A model generated the notes under the pieces. It saw nothing but the letters and a program-made list of their open reading frames with translations, searched no databases and was not told the DNA's origin. From Hydrolagus colliei (lineage: Eukaryota): a DNA stretch of 64,000 bases. Shown one piece after another: positions 35,101-47,100 of this stretch (positions within the stretch are counted from its first letter, which is position 1; each line of letters opens with the position of its first letter). The stretch is taken from assembly GCA_035084275.1 (NCBI GenBank), contig CM068749.1:9114001-9178000 (forward strand), in the 5' to 3' direction. The position numbers were made by a program, and so were the translations under genes.

Positions 35101-38100
35101 TCGATTTAACATCTAATTTGAAGGATAAGACATTTAATTAAAAATAATCTACAGTTGTACACATGCAAAATATTGTACTCAGTGTTTTGATTAAGAAATA
35201 ATGCAGATCAATTCAGTTTATTCAGCCGTTTGTTATCAAGCCCTCATCCACATCACCTCTCAAATTCCTTCTAAATTCCTTCCACACAGGTCTCCCCAGG
35301 ACCTCTACAAGCTACAGCTTATCCAAAACTCAACAGCTTCTTGTAATACAAAACTTTGTGTGCCAATAACCATAGCTGTCAGGCTCTATTGTCTCCAAGC
35401 CGATTGACTTCAAGATGCATACTGTCCAGAATTTGTAAATCCTCAAATCACCTACAAATCCCTCCATCCCATCATATCTTCCTTCCTCTAGTGTTCTCAA
35501 AACTCAATCTCCTTCTCGTTCCCCCCACTCAGCAAACTCGAGCCTTCTGTGCATTCCTCTAGCCTCCCATACCCCACTCATTAGACGTGAAAGACAGTAT
35601 ATAAATGCAATTTACTGTTTCCATAATAAATCATTCTTGCATTTGATATACACATCAGGGGGACATCTCAAAAAGCTTCACAGGATTCAAGGTGAAGTGC
35701 AGCGACTTATTGTTTTCCACACATTACACCATATGCCAACATCATATCAGAGACAAAGGAAAAACACTTGGGACATCTAAATAGCCTCAATTCAACATGA
35801 AGATACCCCAACAATTCCAGTGGGCGGAAACTCTGACATGTAATACTCTGCAGTATGTTGATAAGATTGAATATTTTCATACCTATAATTTTGTTTTCCT
35901 CAAACACACATGCACAGCAACCAGGACAGTATTTGAAGACACAGAATAGAAACCTGCTGTTTCAAATATTGAGTTAGCTGACTGAGTATTTATAATACAA
36001 TTTTCACATTTGATAAAGTGCTTTTCATGTTGGGAGCACGTCTCAAAGTGCTTCACAGGATATACGCTAAAGTGTATTCAAAGGCAAATGCAGCGGCCAA
36101 ATTTTCACATTGGCCACGAAGTGATTGATCACTTATTTGGGGAGATTGTTGGCCAGAACATTGTGAGAAAATCTCTTCTCTTTTCAAATAGTGTTGTGGG
36201 ACCTTTAACATTGGGATCTTACCATTAATGTCTAGTTAAGAAAGGATACAAGTTAGGGTTTCTGCTCCTAATTACTTATTAGAAATCCCTACTGGAATCA
36301 GATTTCTGGAGTTGGGGAAGGACAGGATCAGGAGTCGGTTAGGATGTCCCCCAAGAGCCTCCCAACACTTCCAAGCGGAGAAGAAAATTGGAAAACAAAA
36401 TTAGAAAGTTCCATTAAGTAACTTGTATTCACAGAAACTTATGCTCCTTACATTTCTATCAGGTCTCCAATACAAGCCAGCCGGATGAATGTAATGGATC
36501 CCTGAAGTAAATGGATGTTAAAGTTTGTGGAAGCCAAAGGTGTAATTCAACACATATGAAGGGAAGCAAATGGTATGGAGTGCAGAATAGGATACGCCAC
36601 TAAAGGCAGCATTTTCACCGCAACTTAATCAACAAAATTTCAATTCAACATATTTGTAAGCTTTTGTTAACCTACTAACTAATTTTTTTTAGTTACTCAT
36701 GATCTATCCTATCGTTTGTCTAGTCCAACTTTTGCTCAATAAACAAAATAATAATAATCCTTGCATTTGATATAGTGCCTTATCACATCTTCTAGAAATC
36801 TCAAAGCGCTTCACAGAATACAGTGTAAAGTGATTTGACTGTATATATGTGGGTGAAACACAGAACAGCAGTGTGCCTCAAAGTCAAGTCAATTTATGAT
36901 TTTTTTTTAAGGATTATCGAGCGTGTGGAGCCAAGGTTTCGTCCTGCCTGTAATTGAACCCAGGCCTCTAGCTTAAAAGGCGAATGCTTTAAACATTGTG
37001 CTACAGGACTCCACATAGGTTCACCACTTGATAATTATAATTGCATTTTATATTGCACTTTATGTCAAAATGTCTGAAAGCAATTCAGAGATTTATTTTA
37101 AGTGTAGTGATTGCAGTTGCATACAAATTGCAGACAATTTAAAGGCTGACTGGACCTTGATGTAATTTCTCGTTGGAAGGGGAGCACCTCTGAAAATGCA
37201 GCACTCCCTCTGCACTAGAATGTTAGCCTACAATATGAACTCAAAGTCCAGAGGATTTCTCGTTTTCAAAGTTACTAAAAAATATACAGTAAACTGCGGG
37301 TGTTAAATTGCAAGCTGAAAACTCCATTAGCCCTCATTAGTTTAAACTATATCCTTAGTGCATGTGGTGCAGTCTTTTTTTAATGACACAATGCAACTTA
37401 CTTTGCAACCTTACCCTCAATAAATCAACCTAGTTTGGTCATTTCATCATTCTTTAACAATGATCAATGTCTCCCTGTACTATGTACAGTATGCTCTGGA
37501 TTATATCAGTCACGTTTCAAGCCTGATCCCTTTTACTCTCTAATCATAGTCAAGGAAAAAAGGAATGGGATGATAGGTTGCCCTTCTCAAGCCTTTCTCT
37601 CTATCGTGGTCATCTACTGTCATAGATATGTTCCTGCAGGAATTGTTCATTCTTTCAGGCCACATCTTCCAGAACACTGTTCATTTACTGCTAGCAAGGA
37701 CATGAAGGCTGATGTGTAATTAATTTTGCAGGATTGCCTCAGTCCTACTTTATTTTAGAAAAGAGTTTTATTTAACGAGAAACATGCACAAAAACAAAAA
37801 AGTTTAAATTAAACTAAGTTTAATTTAAACTATAATTACAATGGTTTCACAGAAACTTAAAACCATCGAGTGAGTACAGCCAGTTTGATTCCTAGTTCAT
37901 TTTCACACTCACTCCCAACCAAATCAGTCTCTTATTCTCCATTACATCAGTTGCTTAGAACATTAAGGAAAATGAAAAACACGTAAATATGTAGACTACA
38001 GCCAGTTACTTCCATCACTGCTTGAACTAGGAATAATATTTTAAACTATTGTTCGCTTTAAGCACTTGTAAAGATTGGAACTACAAGACAGAAACAGAAG

Positions 38101-41100
38101 AACAAAGTAAGTACATACAAAGAAACCTCTCCCAGAAGCACTGCCCAGAGAGCCAGCCAAAGCCTGGTAGAAATCATGGGGTTTGGAAAAAGCCAGCTCC
38201 TCCTCCTCCTCAAAGTCAGCAATACTTTTTAACAGGTCAGGAGGCAACAGAGGTGAGCTCTTGGCATCCTACAGATAGAAGAGGAACAGAGGAAGAAAGT
38301 ATACTGAGACAGAAGAAACAAAAAAAAATCAGCAGACTCAGATCTTGGCTCAGGATCAGAAACACAGCAAATGTAATAGCAGAGATTTGTGACTACATTA
38401 TATTAAGAAAAACCTTTTAACTGAGTGGTTCCCTTTCTACATAATTTACCTTACAGCTGAATCAATACTTGAGGAATTGGGGAATTGCTGATGTGCATTA
38501 AGGCAGGTCATTCATTTTCAAACAAATGAAGTCCAGGGATAATGTCAAACAGTCTGAAGCGCAGTGTTGATGTCAGTGAACCGAAAAGGAACACTTACAT
38601 ATAGTGACAGTAATTTGGATTACTGTTAAATTGTGCACCTCAGCAAAACAAATTGTTTACTTTATTCCAATGTATTTATGGAGAACCTTGGACATGGCAA
38701 TTCACCTGCTTTTATGTCTGCAAAAGCATCTAGAAAGTAGCTATTTGTGTTTAATTCTGCATTTACAGCTGACCTTTAAAGATCATCAAATCTTTCACAC
38801 ATCCGTTGCACTGTTAAACCATTGAGTAAGACTGCTTGACAAGTAGTCTAACTATATCATGATATATTTCAACATGTTAATACAAAGACTAAGAGGCTGC
38901 TGAACTCAACTGTGAAATATAGAATATGGTAGGTGGAGTAGGACAGACAAGAGAAAGTTACAAAAAAAAGAGCGACGAGGCAGTACCCTGGCTGGGTTCT
39001 ATTCAAGAGTCAGGCTCAGCAATAAATTAATCAATAATTCCGAGATTCTTTAGGGGGGCGAGGGGTGAAAAGGCAAAGGGAAGCCATTTTGCTGAGTAAA
39101 AAGTTCATCAACATTTCTCATGGAACATCAGGCTGGGATGCTGGTTTTAAACCTGGGAGGAAAAAATCTTCCTAACTAGCTTGGAAGACATTAATGGATA
39201 ATGAAACACCTTTTCTAAAATCTGTAGACCTGATAACTATCCAGAATAAATAAAAACACCAAAGTCATTTCAAAAATCAGTATTGATCGAATTCAGATGT
39301 TCCCTTCTTGAGGTGAACCATTTTGCATTTCTATTGGCCTCTTCTATAATATTGTATTTCCACAAGCAAAGGCTTTCGCATATTCACACCAAGGCTAGAG
39401 ACCTTTACATTCAGTAAACCCCAAAGGTTAATATGGAGTAGAAATCTGCCTCTAATGTTGAAGAATGGGTGAGCTAAAAGGAGGGCAAGGAAATCTTTGA
39501 TTTCTGAGATTTGCCTGGCAACATAATTTTACTGTACAGATTTATTCTGTGTAAACTAAGCAAATTAACATATTCAACACCTCAACCATGGCCTGAATAC
39601 ATTGCAGTAAACATGAACTATATTTGGATCATTTGGTAGCTTACCTCAAATGATTGCATTCTAGGCATACTGTCCTGGTCAGATCGGAAGACCCCTTGCT
39701 GTCGCTTCACCAGACGATCATTATTCATATGCTGCCCCATCATGTGCCGCATATCTGACATACTATAGTCCCAGGCAAACTCCTGCATTTTCTGCACATC
39801 TGAAGGACTCTGAGGAAATGATTCCATTGCAAAAACCTTCATGTTCTTTTCCATTTGCACTTGAGATTGCTGCTGAAGTGACTGTTCAAACAGCTTTAAT
39901 GGGTCCTGATGAATGTAATAGGGCTGCTTTAAAGCCACTTGGATAGAAGTCTTCTGAAGTTGAGAGGGGACTGGGTGATGGTGGTTCCACAGCTGGTTGG
40001 TCTGGTCAGCCTGCAGATACTGAATGTGAGAAAACAAAATACATCAATTGTGAGGAACTAAAATTTAATCACCTACCTTCAGTCATCTTTCTTTGCGGAA
40101 AGCATTTCTTGTGTAAACAAAAAGAATTAACCAACCAGGGATCCAAGGTAATCTACATGCCTGCAGCCCTATTCAAGTACTCCAGGACACTAAATGCACT
40201 ATACAATTGGAAGTTGTTGTTACAAGTTGTTGGTACAACTCTTTCCCAAGTTACACTCTACAGACAGAATATTCCTCGCCATCCCGTATGCTTTTTTCCC
40301 CTTCCACTGTCATTGAAGTGAGCATATCTCCAACACCAATCAATCAAGACTGACATTAATATGTAAAGAAAAATGGTCAAGACACAGTAGGTCTTTATTC
40401 AGGGTGGGTTTGAACCTTTGATCCATCATATCCTTGCCATTCTAAGCAAATGGCACACTATGTTCAGCTGATTAATTCAAACAGCACTATTCGTGAAAAA
40501 GACTGGAGTAGGATAACCAGCTTTAAATGTGATGTGAAACTGAAGAAAACAGGTCATTGAATATTTATTAAACGTACAACTGTTTTTATAACTTTGAATT
40601 CTTTTGAAACTAACATCTGAGAAAAGGATTAGATGTTAGTACAATACAATCCATAATGTAAAATACGGATTTGCTAACCATTTCAGTGCAGACAATTGAA
40701 AACGAGTTATAAATTTGCACTTGCAAAGCTGTTGCTATAAATCATTGTATTTTAAAAACTTTCATAATATCCTTGCAATTTGATATACAGGTATTCCTCC
40801 CCAATCGCGGTGGATACGTTCCTGAAAACCTCCGCGGTTGGTAAAACTGCGGCAGGAAAATACAGGGCCCTATGGGAAACATGGGGATAGGGGGAGTAAG
40901 TTTGCGTTTTGTAGAATTAAACACAAACAAAATACACAGTTATAACATACATGGGGATAAGGGGAGTAAGTTTGGGCACATTGGCTGCCAGGATCTGCAG
41001 CAATCCGCGAGGCTGTCTGACTGACTGATCTACACACAGACAGAGAGAGAGAGAAAAATCAACGGAGAAGGTGGTGTGGTGGGTGACACGGAGGTGAGAG

Positions 41101-44100
41101 AAATCAACAGAGAAGATGGTGTGGTGGGTGACATGTTTGGGAGCATTGGCTGCCAGGATCTGCAGACACAGAGAGAAACAGACAGAGAGAGAGAGAAAAT
41201 CAACGGAGATTTATCTTAATCCTAAAAGAGAAGCGACACCTCGCTGCTTGATTGCGACATCGCAACTGGTCCCAGTGCCAGACGCTAGCGTGAAGCTGGT
41301 TGATGCAACTGGGGCCTAGTGCCAAACGCTAGTGTTAGTGTTAAAACCCATGGATAAGCAAGGGTTAAGCAATAACCACTGAGTGATTAGCAAGGATTGT
41401 CGCATTTAGCAAACCGTGGAGTTTCGCGGTTGTCGAGGGCATGGTTGGGGCGGGGTACCTGTAGTGCCTTATGTTGTTGAAACATCTCAAAGTGCTTCAG
41501 AGAATACTGTATAATTAATTGACTACCGTATATCTCCCCGTTTTTGACCTTTTCTTGGTGAAAAAAACAGAAGCATTTTCAATGATATTGCCGGCAGAAG
41601 GGAGGAGAGACAGGAGAGACAGGAGAGACAGGTAGGTAGGGAGGGAGAGAGGCAGGCAGCCAGGGAGGGAGAGAGGGAGAGAGGCAGGCCGGCAGCGTGG
41701 GAGAGAGAGAGGGAGAGAGGCAGGCAGGCACGCAGGCAGGCAGGGAGAGAGAGAGGGAGAGAGGCAGGCAGGCAGCCCGGGAGAGAGAGAGGGAGAGAGG
41801 TAGGCCGGCAGCCTGGGAGAGAGGGAGGGAGAGAGGAAAGTCGGCAGCCCGGGAGAGAGGGAGGGAGGGAGAGGCAGACCGGCAGCCTGGGAGAGAGAGG
41901 GAGAGAGGCAGGCAGGCACGCAGGCAGGGAGGGAGAGCGGCAGGGAGGGAGGGAGAGCGGCAGGGAGGGAGGCAGGCAGACTGGGTTCGGCAGAAGGTAA
42001 GCACAGCACTGAAGTCCGCTGCTGCTGCCGCTGCCCGGGCGGCCGAGGCCGAAGCCCCGTCACCCGCTCCCCCCAACCCCCGCCGGACACTGACCAAACC
42101 CCGGCTGACAGCGCCAGCCGCCCCTCCTGTTTACTGTATTTCCGAGGCTCAAAATTTCTTCTACCTGCGTATAGGGCGCACCCCCCACTTTCGAGATCTT
42201 CCGACCTGAAAAAAAGTGCGCCTTATACGCGGAGATATAAGGTATGTATTTTGTGTGCGAAATGTGGCAGACAATTGTGGCAGTGTCCTGTCTTGGGTTG
42301 AACAACCAAATTATTATTATTGTTTTATTTGTTTATTTTCTAAGGGATAATTCTCCCCCCAAAAATTATCTGCCAATTGTCTAACAACCAGGTTTCAACT
42401 TACTGCTAGGCAAACAGGTGTGTTGAATAAGAAAACTTGCCCAAGGTTTCAGCCTGCCCGGGAATTCAAGCCGGGTCCCCTTGCTTGCGAGACGAACGCA
42501 GTAACCATTATGCCATAACAATCTTTACAAATGTCAATATTCTAAACCTTTCTGTGAATTCAATATTTACAGCTCAGTTACATCATAAACAGCAGACAAC
42601 CGGAGCACCCACTTCTAAGCAAGCAACCCCCCACACACACACAAAAAGTCAAATATTTAAATATTTGAAAATTCTCCTGCTTGCATTTTCCCAGAACATG
42701 AAGGATTCATTTGTTTCAGTTTACCTGCTGAGGTCCAAGGTGGTGTTGATTCTTTCCCATCTGCTGTGCTGGCTTGGTGGGTGACTGCTGCTGGTTCACA
42801 GTCTGCACCTGGAGCTGGGGCACCTGTTGTTGCTGACCTTGTTGCTGTTGGGGCCCTTGGTTTAGTGGCCCTTGTCCCGATGGCCGCTGTTGGCTGTAAG
42901 GGACATGGGACTGTTTGCCACCCGGAACCTGGTTTCCTGACTGAGGGTGGCCAGCGCCTTGGATGTAGGGTCCTGGTATGGAGACCCCAGGTGGAAATGT
43001 ATAACCATGATTCATCTGGAAACTAACAGGTGGAGACACCAAATAGGGAGGTGGAGGAAACCCTGGAACAAAAAATGTATTACTATGGTCATCATCAGGT
43101 ATTTTAATCTCTGATAAGTGTGTGTTAGTTCCCAATCTGGCACAATATAAAACGCACCTCATCAATGATCAGTCTTTCTAGGCCAATCTTAATGTCAACC
43201 TGAGCGGGCATGGACCCAGGTTTAACATCTCACCCGAAGGATTTTATCTCCCACCTCAAGGTAATGCACTGGAGTGTCAGTCTGCGCTATGCAAGCTCGA
43301 AGTCTCAACTTGGTGTTCGAACCCACAGCCTTCGGACTCAGAGGCAAATGTACTAACTGAACCCGATTTAAGATTCCAAAAACTTTTATCCCGATCGCTT
43401 GGACTAGATAAAAGGAGTTTCCAGTGAGGTAGAGCAAGTCCTCTAAATTCCACTATGCCAGCCGCTGTAAAACCAAACTAACTCATGAAATACTCGGAAT
43501 TTTAAGTGCCTTGACTGCCTCACCTGGTCGGCTCGGAAGAGGAGGAAATGCTCCTGGATGGTGAATGGGGATAAACTGTGAGCTGCTGGTCGGAGTCTGT
43601 GACTGAGTCACTGGGGTTTTCCTAGCCTCCGACACTGGTGTTTTTCTCAGATCCGTTTGAGCTTTTACCTAGTGATCACAATGATACATTATCAGTTAAA
43701 TACCAGTTGCATCCAAATCCTCTACATTGGATTCTTACCAAAAAATGTATCAAATGCTAGTCCACATGGATCTTTGTGATACCAAGCAAACTTATTGATA
43801 CATTTCAATGTCACATCAGTCAGTGCAATTGGCTACCAAATATTCACTGTCCTTGTTAGGCACTGCCTTCACACATTCTTTCTCCATCACAATGATATAA
43901 ATACTGTACAGGGGTTGTTGTGACAGCTATGGAGCAGTAAAAAAGGCCCATTCTATAATTTACATCTTCTGTAAACCAGGTGATGTTCTTTTATTTCAAT
44001 CTTCATTTGGGGGTTTTTTTACGCTCCAAAGATAAAAGTATGTGTGGCTATGGTACACTTGCCTCTTAGTCGTAGGGTCAAATGATCACACAAGTGTAGT

Positions 44101-47100
44101 ACAAGCCACATTCAGAACACCCTCTAATCTACTCCATTGTATGCATGATCATAAAAAAAACTCCCTGCTCCACCAGCAGAAATATTTACAATCCCACAAA
44201 GGGAACCTTGTGGCTTCTCTAAAGGAGACTGGTATTGAATTTAAGCAGAAGAGAATCAAAAATGCCCAAAGTCATCTTGTCCCTGGAAGATAAGATGGTC
44301 TATGGTCTAGGTCAGCCGTGATCTATGGTCCCTGGGAGAATTCCACCCCAGTAGTCTGGGCTGGATTTATACAGAGTTCCATGATCAGAAGGAACAGTAT
44401 ATTAATCCACATGCATTAGCATGTACCAAGGGAGCCTTTGAACACATTTCAAGTAGGGTCCGGCGATATATCGATATATCACTAAAAAACGATATAATTT
44501 TCATATCGATACGCTGATATAGGCATTTCAAAAATATCGATATATCGAAAAGTCGATCGAGGTGAAAAATTGGAATGCGCGCATACTGAACTACAAGACC
44601 CAGGATGCTCACCTCTATACACAATGCACAGACTGAGGTGCAAAGCCGCCATATTGTATTCATAGTCCTAGAATACAATATACAGGGCAAGGGGTGGGGG
44701 AGGTGAGAGACGGCTGGGGGGGGGTGGGAGGGGAGGGGAGAGGGGGGAGAGACGGCTGGGGGGGAAGGGGAGAGAGACGGCTGGGGGGGGAGAGGGGGAG
44801 AGAGATGGCTGGGAGGGAGGGGGAGAGAGACGGCTGGGGGGAGGGGGAGAGAGACGGCTGGGGGGGGGTGGGGGAGAGACGGCTGGGGCGGGGGAGAGAG
44901 ACGGCTGGGGTGGGGGAGAGAGACGGCTGGGGGGCGGGAGGGAGAGAGAGATGGCGGGGGTGGGGGGAGGGGGAAAGAGACGGCTGGGGGTGGGTGGGGG
45001 GGTGGGGGGGGGGGAAGAGAGACGACGGGGGTGGGGGGTGCGCAGTACGAAAAACCCGAAAATATCGATATTTCTGTATATCTCGATATGAGCTCATCGA
45101 TATATCTAAATCGGAAATTTTCGATATCGACGGACCCTAATTTCAAGAGAATTATTTCACTTTGGTGGTCATCTTAAACCTATCGTACTGTTTCACTATA
45201 TTATTCACTATATGTATTTCACGTGTTGTATTTCTCTTACTACAAGAAATCTCTTATAATTTCAGAAGCTAGACCAATAAGTGAGCAGGGCAGTTCAAGG
45301 TAATATTGCACACTGAACCTGAAAATCAGTTTTACTTTCGACTCATAAAAACGAAAAATAATTGAACATTTTAGGAAACAAATCCCACAATAAAGCTGTT
45401 ATATTTATTAGCAGATCGTTGTTGTCCAGAACCATTGTAGAACATTTCCCAATTGTTAAAATGTAATTTTGTAAGGGAAAAAGAGTGGATTTTGTTCAAT
45501 GGCAATTTTAGCCAGAATATTTAACGATACTGCAAAGCAAGTGGTGAAATCTATTTTTAGTCAAGTGCTGAAATAACTCTTTTATGATCCAAATTTGGTT
45601 TCTCCATATTCCAACAATAGTAAGTGCACATCCAGTATTATGCGAGGCAGCCCAATAGATTGAGGGGCTTTATAAAACCCAGTGGCTGAAAATGCTGACA
45701 AAATGCTCGCTAGTTGATTGTTTTGCAACATGGTTAACCCCACAAATTCCCAATGTTACTGGGGCATTCAAAGAGAAGATACCTCTCATCATCAGTGATA
45801 CGTAATTGCCTATAGAGCTCCTTTTTTGGGCATGGAAACTCAATTCTTACTGTAAATAAAACTGGAAACTGCACTATATATGCCCCCTTCTTATCCTGAT
45901 GTGTACTGCACTCAAACAGAAAGGTAGGTTTTCACAGTCAGCACTGTCCTCATATATCTAAACCAAGACAGCAAGAGTCATCCTGCCTAAAATGAAGCCC
46001 AATCTGGTGCCACTTTGAATGGAGGAATCGTAGTATAGCAATTAGGGTGCACACAGCTCGACTACAAGATATACATGGATACTGAGACCAATTATAACAT
46101 CGCCACCATCAACTGAGATCAGTTAGATCAGTGCAGTCTAGGAATTCAAGCTGGGGTTACACTGAATGGCTCAGTGTAAATGAACATTGGGAACAACAAC
46201 TTGTATTTATATAGCGCCCTTCAGTGTCTCAGAGAATCATCATATGAAAGACCTATCTATTCCAGATCCAATTTAAATGGTAGAATATTAGCATAGCAGC
46301 TCCCAAATATTGTAAATGAACTTCAAAATCTGACAGAAAGGTTTGTTTCTATTAATTTACGAAGTTGGAAAGTGACTTGTTAATATAGGTCACCATTTAA
46401 TATATTTAGAATTGTTTGGAGACTGTCGAGAAGTAGATGTGTTGCAAGATTAAGTGACATTATTAACTGGGTAGTGGACACGCATAATGTCACAGAAGGG
46501 GAGAGTACCGCACAAGATCTGCTTCAAGTGTAAAACAAGAGGGGACAGACATCCCAGAAAGTGTACACCCGGTTCTCCCAAAACTCTTAGGATTATACAG
46601 AATGCAGACTATGCTTCCCTTTATGTTTCATGATCAAAGTTGCCCTAGTAACCATCACAGCAGTTGCCAAAATCAGAATAGCTGCCGGCAACATCTGTCA
46701 ATTCAGTGTTCAAAGCTAGGTTAGAATCCCAACTTTTATACTTAGACTGGTGATTTCTAAAGGGTTTATTTAAAAAAGAAATATAATGTGTCACAACAAC
46801 TTGGGGGAACTCCACTGATTTCATTTACATTGGGATCAGAAGATGACTTGATTAGTGCTGGTTTGCCAGATAGCTTATAAATTATCCCATTAGAAAGCAC
46901 TGCACATTAGACGCCTCTGGTTGTAGACATTATTGTGACCTAATTTCTTCCTAAGCAAAAGGAACATGGAAACAAGTTGGAAACCAAAAACGTAATCGAT
47001 TAATATGTACAGGTTTCTCTTTTTTTAAAAAAAATTCTGAGCCTCTTATACAGTTCTGGTTAGTATCAGAGTCGATCCTAGGGACTGAAAAATTCCCATA

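Noticed and set aside
38440-38605. Isolated donor-like GTAAGT/GTAAAT sites in SMG7 intron 17 (also near 49098)
   Set aside because: No convincing paired acceptor or coding similarity.
41515-42209. Three 170-191-aa ORFs
   Set aside because: Stop-free only because they run through a low-complexity minisatellite inside a MITE.
44385-45146. 145-253-aa Pro- or Gly-rich ORFs
   Set aside because: Translations of the G-rich repeat in the hAT element; no transposase motifs.
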